This document shows, in pieces, positions 24,024 through 36,343 of a stretch of 64,000 bases of DNA (position 1 is its first letter; each line of letters starts with the position of its first letter). The notes below the pieces were generated by a model. The model had not been told where the DNA came from, searched no databases, and was given only the letters and a program-made list of their open reading frames with translations. The position numbers and the translations under genes were made by a program. Origin of the DNA: Dictyostelium fasciculatum (lineage: Eukaryota). The stretch spans positions 3,122,354-3,186,353 of the forward strand of contig NW_004457624.1 in assembly GCF_000203815.1 (NCBI RefSeq), written 5' to 3'.

Positions 24024-27000
24024 ATGGTAACTAAAAAACCAACAAAAGCAGTATCTAAAAAGAAACCTGCTGCTGCTGCTTCAACAACAAGAGGTAGAAA
24101 AAAGATTCAACAAGATCAATCATCATCAGAAGATGAAATGAGTGTTGATGAAAAGAATAATAGTAGTAGTGAAGGAGAAGAAGAATCAAATAGTGAATCA
24201 GAACAAGAATCATCATCATCATCAGAAGATGAAAAGAAAAAAAAGAAAACAACACCAACTAAACCAAAAGCTAAACCATCACCTTCAAAAAAGAAGAAAC
24301 CTGCTGCTGCTAGTAGTAAAAAGAAAGTTATACAACAACAAGAAGAAAGTAGTGAAGAAGAGGAATCAGAAGAAGAATCATCATCATCAGAAGAAGAATT
24401 ACCAAAACCAAAACCATCATCACAACCAAAAAAACAATCATCACATCAACAATCTAACAAGAATCAAAAACAATTTCAAATTAAAAATCTTAAACCAGAA
24501 AGATTAAATGATACAACTTATATTTCATCAACATTACCATCAAATAAATTAATTAAAAGATTAATGGTAAGTAAAATTATACAAATATAACCTCTCTATA
24601 TATTAATTTTTTTTTTTTTATTCTTTAAGAAAATTGATAAATATTTATATCAACAACCAATATTAAAAAATAATGAATATGATATAATATCAAAATCATT
24701 ATTAACAAATTCATTATTGGAAACAAAAGATTCAGAAGTTAAATTGGTGCTGGCAAGTTGTTTGGCAGAAATTATACGTTTGGATAGTGAAATATTGGCT
24801 CAAACCTCTTCTACTGCTTCATTAAAGGTTTATCAAATATTTAAAGATGAATTATTTGGGTTGTATGATTTGGATGAATCACTTTTCCCACAATATTATC
24901 ATCTAGTTGAAAGATTAGAATCCATCAAGATTTTTTCTGGATTGGATCAAGTTGAACCAGATTCTGTGCCACCATTTATTCTCAAAATGTTGAACGATTT
25001 GGTTGCAAAGGACGGTCTTGCAACAAGTCTTGTTCCACTCTTTGAAAATATCATTATTAGTACTTTGGAATCAATTAAAAAGGTTCCATCGGAAATTTGG
25101 GATCGTTTAACTGAATTTCTACTTGAAGGTGAAAAGAGAATTGTTGATCGTACTACTGGATCAAAAGATGCATCTGAATTACCACCACGTATCCTATTGG
25201 CAAGATCAATCCTCTCTACCAAATCATTCAAAGATCCATATCGTTATTATCTTCGTAGTTTTCATTCAAATGACCTAGCACCAAAAAGTAAACTTCTTCC
25301 TCGTCGTAATGAAATTCTCTATTCAGTTTTTAAACTTAATCCAAATCTCATCAGTGTCTATGATTTTAGTCAAGATATTCACAATGAAGATCCTTCCCTA
25401 AGAAAACATTGTGTTATGGTATTATCTAAATTATTTACTTCAAGTCTTGAATTTGAAGATCAATATTCTGATATTTTTATTAAAGTATGTAAAAATCTAA
25501 ATCACATCATTCATTATTTATTATTTATTTACTTTTTTTTTTTTTTTTACCTTAGTTTATAAAAAGATTTGAAGATGCAGATCCAAAAATTAGAATATTA
25601 TTATTAGATTTTTCACAAATTTATTCAATAGATTCAACCTATGGAGATGTTATATTGGATTTTATAACAAAAAGATTAAGTGATACGGTTCATGAAATTA
25701 GATCGATGTCCATTTTTTCGCTGACCAAATATATGATTAGAAAACCACAATTGGTATCGATCAAGATTATGGAAAAGGTTTATGATAGATTGCGTGACAA
25801 GGAAACCAATGTACGTAAAGATGCAATCACCAAATTGGCAACTGTATTTCAAATTCTACGTACGGAAAATGGTGATCCAAGTAAATGGGATGCTCATTTG
25901 AAAAGTTGTTTTGGTAGTATTCCAACCAAATTGGTATCATGTTTTGGAATGTATGAAGTTGACAAGTTTTTTACCGAAGTTTCCATCGACACTATTCTTC
26001 TTGGTGATCCACATGGTCAAAAGAATAATGTTCAAGATAGAACCTATCGTTTCTTGGAATTGTATGGTTATCTAGACAACAAATCAAAAGAACATCTATT
26101 CCAATTCTTTGAAAAAAAGAGTACTCTTCAACGTGAATTTACCTTTCTCTACAATACCGTCGACGAAAAACCAAAAGGTGGTAAAAAGGCAACCGCTCAA
26201 GATGAAGAAAAACATCAAAAAGATATTGAAAAAGCATTCACCTATCTCTATAATCAATTACCAAAATTTCAAAACGAAAATCCAAAACATCTTTTAAAAT
26301 CCCTATTTGATCATAAAAAGGAATTTAAATGGTTAAAAGTTATTTGTGATGAAAATACTACTTATCAAGAACAACATAATATTAAAGTAAGTAAAAAAAA
26401 ATTAAAAAGAATCAAATATAAATATAAATATATTAATTTTTTTATTTTTATTTTTCATTTAGGTTGATATATCAAATAAAAAATCAACATCAAAAAAAGT
26501 AACAGACCAAAGATTTTATGAATGTATAAAATATCTTGTATTTTATCTTAGTTTTGGTATTATTGGTAAAGAACATCTTGCTTACATTTTTGATTATGTC
26601 CGTCAAGATATAACATCAAAACCAACTGATCATTTTGATATTAAAACTTATTCAAAAGATATTAAATCTTTACCTGAACCTATAGAATTATTAGTTGTAA
26701 GTAAAAAAAAACAAAAAAAACAAATATATATTTATCTATTTATTTATTAATTTTTTTTATTTTATTTTTATTTTAGAAATTATCATCAATATTTCCAAGT
26801 TTATTTAGAGGATATGAAGAAGAATTAATATCATTTCTTTATTATCCAAAAGCAATTACAAATGAATTTCTTTTAATTTTATATAATACAATTGATTCAA
26901 ATCAATTTAGACCTTCAAAATCAATTTTAAAGTATGAAAGAAAAAAAATTTTAGAACCTAATTATCTTTTTATTAATTTATCTCTCTCCTATACTAGAAA

Positions 27001-28674
27001 ACTGCAAGAGATATTAAGAAATTTATGTGAAATTGGATCACCAAAGATTGTTAAAATGTCATTTAGATTATTAGATAGAATAACATTAAACAAGGAACAA
27101 TTAAAGACTATATTAAAGGAGATGGGAGAGGAAATGGTAACACAACTTCAAGAACAATCACCAAAAAATGTTATTTCTTCATTGGTTACACTTGGATTGA
27201 TTGCACGTTTTCATCATTCCATTTTGGATCAACAAGAATGCTACGAGTTTATGGAAATTTTAGTCTACAAACAAATTATGAATGGTACTTGTAAATTGGA
27301 TGTAAATACAAAAGCATTGGGTAAATTGGATTATGCCTATTCTAAAGATGCCCTCCTACGAATTCATGGTATCTATTATCTTGGAAATTATCTTGTTGGT
27401 TTACCTTCTGAACAAATTAAAAGAAAGGTTTTTGAATTAACTACATTTTTATTTGATATTATTTATCGTCCTGATAAATTAAAAAAATTATCGTATGTAA
27501 CAAAATAGATATGATGAATCTAATTTATCTAATTATTTTTTTTATTTTTTAGATCGATGGAACAATATCATATTCAATTATCAGTAAATTTTGAAATTAT
27601 TAGAATGTTGAGATATAAACATTTTATAATGTGTTTTCAACCAGTACATTTTATAGCATTTTGTAATGTAGCATCAATTAGAACCGAGATTAAAAATGAT
27701 CATCTTCAACATCGATTCTTTAGTAAATTGGAAAAGGCCATTAAATTGAATCGTCTTCAAATCAAGTTTATGGCTGCTTTTGGTATGACTGCCAATCAAC
27801 CAGCTTCCATTACCACCTCGATCAAACGACAAGTATCATCCATCATCAAGATGAAAAGAATGGCAATCTCTAGAACCAATGTAGAACTAAAGGGTGAAAT
27901 CCTTCCAGAACACTCTTTTCCCTACTTTATCTATCTCATCTCTCATCGTCCCACCGTCGAAAAGGAATATCCAAACTTTGAAGAAACTAGTAAATTCTTT
28001 AAATACTATACAAATATGATGATTGAAGAAAAGGATAATTATTCAATCCTAATGAACTATTTAGATTTCATTTCTCAATCTATGGATCAAATGGACCCGT
28101 ACAGTAAAGATACTCGTCGTGTTGCAAAACATGGTCTTCAAATCTTGGCTCAAGAATATAAAGACAAGAAATGGAAAACTCAAAAATTCTCTTCTCTCAT
28201 GATCCTACCAGTTGAATATTTCCGTTTCAGTAAAGATATTGATTTTGAAGATTATGATAAAGATACTTCTGATAAATTACCAAATAATTATGTTGTAACT
28301 GTAAGTAATAAAAATAAAAATAACAAACAAACAAAAATAAAATAAATATTAACCATCTTTTTTTTTTTGTCTAGACTGGAAAAGGAGCTGATAGATTACA
28401 TGAAAGTCCTGTTTATATTCAACAACAAAAAAATAAGTTGGAAAAGGAAAAAAAGGAAAAAGAAAAAGAAAAGGAAAAGGAAAATGATCCAGATCAAGAT
28501 ATGGATAAAAGTAAAGAAGAAGAAGAGGAAGTTGAAAAGAAAAGAAAATCAACTGATGATGAAATAGAAGAAGAAGTAGAGGAAGAGGAGGAAGAAGAAA
28601 ATGAAGAAGAAAAAGAGGAAAAAGAAGAAGAAGAAAAAGAGATTAAAAAACAAAAAACAAAGAAAATAAATTAA
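24024..28674 (+). CDS. pds5: Sister-chromatid cohesion protein Pds5 homolog (HEAT-repeat protein). Seven exons: 24024..24566, 24630..25484, 25556..26386, 26463..26696, 26777..27492, 27553..28300, 28375..28674, about 1400 aa.
   Basis: All donors are GTAAGT or GTATGT and all acceptors are (T)nAG. The frame is verified across every junction and links track ORFs 24024, 24717, 25655, 27056, 27557 and 28438. The N-terminal K/S/E-rich extension, then …KLIKRLM|KIDKYL…LLETKDSEVKLVLASCLAEIIRLDSEILAQ…YYHLVERLESIK…, parallels the human PDS5 N-terminus (…MIKRLK…[30 protein letters not shown]…YFYLLENLA…). The acidic/Lys-rich C-tail (EEEVEEEEEEENEEEKEEKEEEEKE) is typical of Pds5. Confidence 0.7.
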
Positions 28675-28920
28675 AGAGATTTGTTTTTTTATTAAACAAT
28701 AAAGTTTAAAAAGAAATATAAGGATGGAATCTGTTGTTGTCTGTTGTTGTTGTTTTGTTGATGTTTACAATGATACCATTTATCAATTAAAAATAATACA
28801 AAAAAAAGATAAATAGTATGGTTTATGTGTTGTTGTCTGGGGAATAAACCATTGAATTTAAACAATGATCATTCATTCATTTTGGATAAAGTTTTGATTA
28901 TATATTTTTTTCTTTTAATG

Positions 28921-29615
28921 TTATTCGACCAAATAAGGGAAAAGTTGGCAGAAAGTATCTATTTTCTTATTATATTCGGCAGATTTTGATGCAAGTATTC
29001 TTTTTTCGTCATTGGTGGTTGTTATGCTACCAAGAGTTGAATCATTGTCTACCATAAATGATAATAAACCAATTAAAATTGAAGAAACTGTCCATGATGG
29101 TGACCATGATTCTGGATGATCTAAAAAAATAAGTAAAAAATTAATAAAATATATCTATAATCTCTCTCTTTCTCTCTCTCTTTTTCTTTTTGTTTTTGTT
29201 TTACATACAATCACTAATTGAAAGACATAAACGAGTATCAGTTTGAAATCTACCAGAAGGAGTAGTCATAATGATGGATGGGGGAGATAAAGGATAGTTG
29301 TATTTGAAAATCAATTTACCATAATACAAGCCACTTTCATATACAGTATTTTCGGGTCCTAATATTACATAATGCCATTCCAATATATTTTCTGGGTGTG
29401 GACATACCACTATATTCTCTACAGGATTCTTATTAATCTCTAAAAATTCTTTTCGAAGTCGACTCTAAAAAAATAATAGATAGATAGAGAGATAGAAAGA
29501 AAGAGTAAGAAAACACATCACATAATCAAAAGTATAGATTCACTCTATTCCCTTTTTGTTATCTTACAATACAATCTTTTGTTGGAGGATGTTGAATTTC
29601 TTTACTAGTAGACAT
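28921..29615 (-). CDS. ubc6: Ubiquitin-conjugating enzyme E2, Ubc6/UBE2J type. Three exons on the minus strand: 29615..29568, 29464..29209, 29120..28921.
   Basis: MSTSKEIQHPPTKDCI|SRLRKEFLEINKNPVENIVVCPHPENILEWHYVILGPENTVYESGLYYGKLIFKYNYPLSPPSIIMTTPSGRFQTDTRLCLSISD|YHPESWSPSWTVSSILIGLLSFMVDNDSTLGSITTTNDEKRILASKSAEYNKKIDTFCQLFPYLVE*. The UBC-fold signature with active-site Cys in RLCLSISD matches UBE2J (…[32 protein letters not shown]…). Donors are GTAAGA and GTATGT. No C-terminal tail-anchor is seen in these exons. Confidence 0.7.
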
Positions 29616-30178
29616 GTTTTTCTCCTTTTATTCTCTACTTTTTTCTAAAAGAAAAGGACTAGTCTTTTTGTTTTTCGTTTGTTATAGCTATTTGATTATA
29701 TAAAATACAAATAAAGAAAGAATATATATACACACAACAGAAAACCAAAAGTACTACTTTTAATATATATATAAAAAAGACGATTCGTCCTTTTTGTTTT
29801 TTTACTGATGCCTTTTTCTTTGTTACTGTGAATTAAACATATAAATAAATTAAAATAAATGATATAAATTCTCTCTCTCTCTCTCTATATATATAAATAT
29901 AAATATATGTATTGTTGTTATTGCGTTTAAAAAAAAGGCTTTTTTTGTTCTGTTTTAAAAAAAAAGTCAGTTGAATCTTGTCTTTTTTGCAAATCAAATA
30001 AATTTTTAAATAAAAAAAATATATATTTTTAAAAAATGAAAAAAAACAGTGACCTTTTGTAGTCTCTCTATCTATCTTTTTTTTTTTTTTTTATTTATAT
30101 AAAAAAATGGTTTAATTTTATTTTTTTTTTGTTTTTTATATATATAACACATGTGATGAGATTTATAAAATCTCTTTT

Positions 30179-31301
30179 TTAATTATTCTTTTTGGCGGTA
30201 GTGGTATGCTTTGGCATATAGTTGTGAGCCAAGTGGATCATGTCCTTGAGGGTAGCCTTGACCTTGGCGAGTTGTTCGTCAATGATTTGTTGCTTTTCAA
30301 GGTAGAGTCTTGGGGCGATAAAAGCAACGAGGAAGACGAGGTAGAGGATGGTGGCACCACTGATGCACTTGGCAACGGTGGCAACAACAAAGAATAAAAG
30401 AGCTGCCTCGGCAGTCAATACAATATTCTTGCAACCAAAGATATCCTTGGCCAAAGCTAAAACAGAGTTGACCAATTGTCCAACACCCTTTACATATTTT
30501 TGTACAACTTCATCTTCAACATGGAAATTTAATGTCTTTAACTTATCACTAAAAGAAAAAAGAAAAAAAAGAAAAAGGTTAGAGAGAGAGAGTTGATTTG
30601 TTTTTGTTTTTTGTTTTCTTTTTTGTTTTCTAATTCTTACAGAATTGGATTATCCAAAGTACAATTTGGAATGTATTTATCACAGACTGAAGAGACTATA
30701 CGGAATAAAACAGAAGAGACAGAGGCGACCATACAAGAGTAACCGACAAGTGAGATTATAGAGTATTGGCATACGCAGACCAAGAAGAAAACGAGATTGA
30801 TGATACCAAATAATAAACCGGTTTGGACCAAATCATCCCATACCAATATTTTTTTTGAACATTCGTGACATGGAAGACTCTTGACAGCACCACATATGTT
30901 TTCAAAGTGTTGACAAATTGATACATCACCACACATTAATGCTGGACAACATGTTGATGTTGCTGGGCATGTAGAAGAAGAGGATGAGGAGGTTGATGAT
31001 GAAACTGGACAAGTAGTAGCAGCCTTTACAGTCTCTGCAGCATTATTAATGACAGCCTTTGCTTCTTCCTTTACTTGTTCTTTAACTTCTTCAATCTTTT
31101 CAACAGTTTCTCCTATAACTTCATTGACTTGTTCTTTTGTTTCTTCAACAGTCTCTTCAATTTCTTTTATTATTTCTATAAGAAAAATAGTAATAAAGAA
31201 AGAAAAGAAAAAAAGTTAATAACAAATGATCGGGTAAGTAATCTTGACTATTCGAGTCAAACTAGTTGATTTGTTGTTTTCTTACCTTCAGTGTCAGACA
31301 T
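30179..31301 (-). CDS. Reticulon (RHD-domain) protein. Three exons on the minus strand: 31301..31286, 31175..30641, 30547..30179. There is an apparent 1-nt frame discontinuity near 30479.
   Basis: ATGTCTGACACTGAAG|GTAAGA, then …EIEETVEETKEQVNEV…STCCPALMCGDVSICQHFENICGAVKSLPCHECSKKILVWDDLVQTGLLFGIINLVFFLVCVCQYSIISLVGYSCMVASVSSVLFRIVSSVCDKYIPNCTLDNPIL|GTAAGA. The last exon gives …LDKLKTLNFHVEDEVVQKYVKGV (frame A), then …QLVNSVLALAKDIF…VLTAEAALLFFVVATVAKCISGATILYLVFLVAFIAPRLYLEKQQIIDEQLAKVKATLKDM… (frame A+1). The reticulon hallmarks are present: a double hydrophobic hairpin, FRI(Y/V) and …YEK.Q..ID. Confidence 0.6.
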
Positions 31302-32072
31302 GATTGATTTATATATATTCTATTTACAATGAGAAAAGATTTGTGTTAATGTATTATTTACAAATTAAGAAATCTAATTTAAATGAAATGATAACAATAA
31401 AAAAAAAAAGTTGTTTGTTGTTGATGAATAATAAAACAAAAATTGCGAAATTAAAAAAATAATAATAATAATAATGATGATCAACCCTCGTTACTTGGTT
31501 TTTTTTTTCCTCTTTTTTTACTCTCTCAATCCAGTCACAAGTGGTGTCATCTTATAAAATGTATTACAGTGACTGTTTGTTTGTTGGAATAAAACTAAAT
31601 CTCTTCATTGAAAAGAAGGTTCTTTGTGTGTCTCTTTGTGATTGTACAAATCACCAAACCATCATTCCTTTTTCTCTTTTATCTCTATCTCTTTCTCTCT
31701 TTTTTTGTCTTTGTCTCTATGTTTTTTCAAAAAATCAACATTTACCCTTTTTATATTATTTATATTAATAAAAATTTACAACTATATAAAAAAAAGAAGA
31801 TGTGATGTTCATGATGTCAAAGAACTTGATGGGGGATGTCTGTCACTCTGAGAGAGGAAAAAAAAAAAAAAAAAGAAATTAAAAAAAAAAAAAATGAATT
31901 TTTTGAGCGATTCTTGGTCTCACTCAAACGAATGATCAGATTAATATGAGAGCAAGTCTAAGATCATTTTCATCTCTCATCCCTTTTCCTTCTTCTTCTT
32001 CTTTGTATATAGTTTGTAACTACTCTCTATTCTATAGTATAGTTACACAACAACCAGTATATACTTACTACA

Positions 32073-33890
32073 ATGTTGGGATTAAGATCAGTACTTAGAA
32101 ATCATTCTAGCACCAACATTTTAATGTTGAGTGCAAGATCATCACAATCATCATTATTATCTCAATCATCATCGTCATTTAGATATTATGGTAGTAAGAA
32201 AAAAGAACCATCACAAGAAGAGGTAGATGATAAAAAGGATGCAGCATTTATCGCAGCCAAATTAGATGGAGCATTCCCAGCGGGCAACTACAACTCTTTC
32301 TACCCAGGCGACCCACAACGCAAGGTGGTAGAGACACAGTTTTCAGAGGACGGTCTCAACACGTTTAGAACACGTATGGAGTTGCTCAAGAATATAAACA
32401 ATGCCGAGCACCAACACGGCTTGGATAACCGTGACTACAACATTGCCAACTTTTTGTCGATGGACGACGACGACACCAAGGCCGACATTAAGCGTGAGCA
32501 GGCAGCTCGCGAGGCAGTCGAGTCACGACAAGACGACGTCGAGCAGGCCAAGTTGGACGCCGACATTGATCGTCTCAGAGCCGAGGAAGGCGCCGGTATG
32601 AACTTGGAGGCCTTTTCCAACCTCATCACACGTTACGACGACGCACACCGTCAAGAGCGTGTCGACATGCAAAAAGAGAAGCGTCGCGATCAAGAGGAAC
32701 TCGAGGCACTCGACCAAGAGATAGAGGACGACCTCCAGACGGACGAGTTCCGCGCACAGTTTGCCGAACGTGGTTACGTCGGCGAAGAGGGTGAGCCCGA
32801 CAAGGACGACGACGACAGAGATGACGACGATGGACTCGTCGACGAAGACGAGGGTCAAGAAGGTGAAGACGGCCAAGACGACGACGAAGACGGTGCACCA
32901 GCCGCCCACGTTGAAGAGGAAGCCGATCAATACGGCATGGAAGCGATCTATGGAACAACACGTTTCGCCAACTCGATTGACATTTCGCCGTTTGAGGAGA
33001 AAGGCGAGTTTGACCAAGCCACAGACTTGCTCAACGAAGAGATTGAGCAAACCGACGTCGTCTACACACCACGTGTGCTCACCAAGCGTCGTTTGATGCG
33101 TGTGGGACAACACACCCGTGTCACCAAGGGTGGTCGTATCAACTCGTACTCGGCGCTCGTGCTCGTCGGAAACGGACTTGGTTCGGGAGGTATCGGTTAC
33201 GGCAAGGGTGAGTCTGTGTCGGTCGCTTTGAAGCGTGCCGGCAGAGACGCCGAGCGTAAGGCATTTACACTCCACCTCTTCCAAAACCGCATCGTCCCAA
33301 CCGGTCTCGACCTCCAGTACCGTAGCACCAAGATCAGATTCTACCGTGCCGGTAAGGGTCGGTCGGTCATTGGTATGATCGGTCACAAGCAACGTTTCAT
33401 CAACGGTATGTTTGGTATCCGCGGTGTCAATTACCGTACCTATGGTCGTCGTGGATGGCGTGCTATCCTCAACGTCTTCCAGTACGCCCTACCCGACAGT
33501 TGGATCAACCCCGACGAGCTCTCCACCGTCCTCGGTAAAAAGTTTGTCACTCGTGAAACCCTCCAAGAAAAGAAGCTTTCATTGGCCAACATGTTGACAT
33601 CACGTATTCCCAACAAGGAATCAGACCCATACAACTATGGCATCATTGGCAAGTTCCTCACCGATCTCGAACAACCCAAGGACAAATCCAACGAAGAATT
33701 TGACAACATGTACAACTCTATAAAGGAAATGCTCAAATCTGAAACCTCTATCAATGCCTCTTTCCGTCGTGTCGCTCGTGACCCTGAATCAAGTCAAAAA
33801 CTTGCCATCGATCCAATGAACAAATGGAAACGTTCAAAATATTTGGCTTCAAAAAAATTAGAACAATCAAGATTAAATAATCATTTTTAA
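32073..33890 (+). CDS. Mitochondrial ribosomal protein uS5 (S5) with an N-terminal presequence and a long acidic insertion, single exon
   Basis: ORF of 605 aa. The S5 N-terminal dsRBD-like motif is present (…RVTKGGRINSYSALVLVGNGLGSGGIGYGKGESVSVALKRAGRDAERKA…). The start MLGLRSVLRNHSS… is Arg/Ser-rich and looks like an import signal. The middle of the gene (32270..33560) is strongly GC3-rich (GAC/GAG/GTC codons). Confidence 0.65.
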   Translation: MLGLRSVLRNHSSTNILMLSARSSQSSLLSQSSSSFRYYGSKKKEPSQEEVDDKKDAAFIAAKLDGAFPAGNYNSFYPGDPQRKVVETQFSEDGLNTFRTRMELLKNINNAEHQHGLDNRDYNIANFLSMDDDDTKADIKREQAAREAVESRQDDVEQAKLDADIDRLRAEEGAGMNLEAFSNLITRYDDAHRQERVDMQKEKRRDQEELEALDQEIEDDLQTDEFRAQFAERGYVGEEGEPDKDDDDRDDDDGLVDEDEGQEGEDGQDDDEDGAPAAHVEEEADQYGMEAIYGTTRFANSIDISPFEEKGEFDQATDLLNEEIEQTDVVYTPRVLTKRRLMRVGQHTRVTKGGRINSYSALVLVGNGLGSGGIGYGKGESVSVALKRAGRDAERKAFTLHLFQNRIVPTGLDLQYRSTKIRFYRAGKGRSVIGMIGHKQRFINGMFGIRGVNYRTYGRRGWRAILNVFQYALPDSWINPDELSTVLGKKFVTRETLQEKKLSLANMLTSRIPNKESDPYNYGIIGKFLTDLEQPKDKSNEEFDNMYNSIKEMLKSETSINASFRRVARDPESSQKLAIDPMNKWKRSKYLASKKLEQSRLNNHF

Positions 33891-34323
33891 AAAACAAAAA
33901 AAAAAAAGTATATTAAAATAAAAATAAAAATAAAAAATAAATTAAAAAAAAAATTAAAAAAAAAATTAAAAAAAAACAAAAAAAAAAAGGAAAATGATGA
34001 GCGAAAGAGAGAGGAGAGAGGAGATGGGTGTATTTTTTTTTCTTTTACAAGTTATATTTCAAACAAAGATTAAGTAAGTACTTTTAAACAACTAAAAGTT
34101 ATTATTAATAATTAATTGTTATTATCTTTAGATCTTTTCAAAATCTATAGATAATGAATGGGTTTAGTTTGGGAAAAGCCAATCAAAAAAAAACCTAAAC
34201 CCAAAATTGGAGAATCAATGTCAACCAATATGATGATGGAATTGGGTCTACCCTTTTTTAAACCTTTAAATAGATCTGAAACCACAATCAAAACTGATCA
34301 TAATATTTTTAATCAATATATAA

Positions 34324-35900
34324 ATGAAATTAAATAATCTACTTTTATTATTAAATTTTTTTTTGGTTATAGTTAATATAATCAATACATTTGATAGTAA
34401 TCAAGATGTAAGAGATGGTATACTTCCATATATTTGGGTACATTCAGAGGGACAAAAGGAATTTTCTCATGGTCAATATGGTATGTACATATCTTTAATT
34501 TATTAATTATATTTTTTATCTCTTTTTTTTTTTATTTTTTTAGCATTTGCAATTTATGGAAAATTGGGAGGATTAGATGTATTAAAAGGGGTTGATTTAA
34601 AAAACAAGGATCCAAAGACTAGTTTTACTGTTTGCGATGCTGGCAATTCAAGATATTTTGAAAAAGTTCATACATTGGACAAAAACAATTTTAATATTGA
34701 AAGATTGCCAGATACCAAAGCTACCACTGCTGCACCTACCATTGCGTTACAGACAATGAGCGAATTATTCAAATCACCCTTTCATTCTGAAAGTATGATT
34801 ATCAAATCATTGTTTTATTTCACACACCCTGCTCACCCAGTCCCCGCCCTGTCACCACAACCCATTCGGTACCTCTACTCTCAGTATCAATAGTATTGCC
34901 AGTGATAGAGTTCGTGCCAACAATATAAACGGACCAAAGGTTGAACCCTATCCAACGCCAGAACCAGATAGTGGTGATTCGGTTACCAACCTTTTGTATC
35001 CAACCGACCCAACAACACAACGTCTCTATGTCTTGTTTTCTAGACAATGGGATCTAGACTATTGCCATTATTTCAATGTCCGTCAACTCGCCGATACACC
35101 AGGTATCCAAGTAGTGTCGGCTGCCACCAATCGGGACAAGATTATTCAAGTTGGATTTCAATCACTACTCTTAATTGAGCTTTTAAGAATGTCAACTATC
35201 GACTTGTCACAACCAGATGGATCGAAAAAACAGGAAACATTTATTTTCCCTACCACCTCTGCTTCTCTAGATGACAATTGGAAGTATCTAATCGACCAAG
35301 CATTTGACTATTTCTCTGTCAATTTTGTTCAAAACTTTAGATCCTATGAAAATTGGAAGGAATTTCTTGATTCTAAAGGTTATCCAAAACAAATTCATCA
35401 AATTGTAAAAGGGCACTTGTAAAAACAAAGAGAGAAGATTGGTACGTTAAAAATCAAAATTTTAATATCATAACCATCTACTTGTAATATTTATATTTAT
35501 TCTTTCATTTATTAGTTTGTGGTCACAAAAGATTCAAAAGTTATATAGAGGAAGTAGGAAATTGATGGATTTTCAATTTACAATGATCCCAATTGACCCT
35601 CCTTTTAATATTCCCAAACCAACTTGCAAACCAGGTACCACAATCAAAGAGTTTCCTTGTGTTGACACACCAACAAACTTTGTTGAGACCTTCCCAAAGA
35701 ACAATGTGAAATTGTAGATGAATTCAAAGCTAAATGGATCAAAGTTTTAATTGAATCACCTGGTTCCGTCGCAACTACAATGACAATGACACCAATCCAA
35801 CAAACACAGTTTGTAACTGATATATCCAATGACTTTTCTACCAAATTTGAAAGTTTCTATTCAAACTCTGAAAAGAAAGTTCCTGTTTTATGTGCTACAA
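34324..35900 (+). pseudogene. Secreted-protein family 'S', copy A, decayed (at least three frame disruptions)
   Basis: Exon 1 gives MKLNNLLLLLNFFLVIVNIINT… with donor TATG|GTATGT at 34481. It is homologous to copies B and C over its whole length. The frame breaks at about 34885 (YSQYQ*, a deletion relative to C), at about 35420 (…VKGHL* against C's …VEKALVGTKREDW, indels) and in the last exon (35700, …NNVKL* with the homologous sequence continuing in another frame). Confidence 0.55.
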
Positions 35901-35989
35901 AACCTTTCTAACAAAACAAATAAATAGAGTTTTAATCAGATAATTATTAGTATTTGTTTTTTTTTTTTTTCACGTGAGCCATGGTGTGT

Positions 35990-36340
35990 ACACGACATTA
36001 TCAAGTATTACATCACATACTACAAGAGAATTCGATATCTAGATATCATCTACTTTAACCACATAGATTAACAACGATGACATTAATGGGGTTTGATAAG
36101 CCAATCACAAACCCAACCGAATAATTAATTAATGGGCATCATCCACAAAGAGATATGTGCATGTATGTTGGGTTGCTTTGAGCACGACAAGGTGGGCTGA
36201 TTCATGCAAGGCTATTCGAGTAAGACCCTCGATTCGGTGAAGACTCTTTTATTCTTTAAATAAAAGTGTCAACGTAGCAGCACCAATATCAAATCAACTT
36301 CAATCGATCAATCAATCAATCATAATAATAATTAGTAGTA
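35990..36340 (+). promoter_or_regulatory. Conserved upstream block of family 'S' (copies B and C). It contains a CCAAT-type core …ATTAATGGG(G)TTTGATAAGCCAATC…
   Basis: 35990..36340 aligns with 38130..38480 (about 85% identity; both GC-richer than the surrounding spacer). A shorter version sits upstream of copy A at about 34150..34200 (aatgggtttagtttgggaaaagccaatca). Confidence 0.4.
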
Positions 36341-36343
36341 ATA

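Noticed and set aside
32401-33634. Long antisense and alternate-frame ORFs (32523..33392(-) 289 aa, 32626..32961(-), 32761..33096(+), and others)
   Set aside because: They arise from the GC3-rich uS5 coding region. They have no start context and no motifs.
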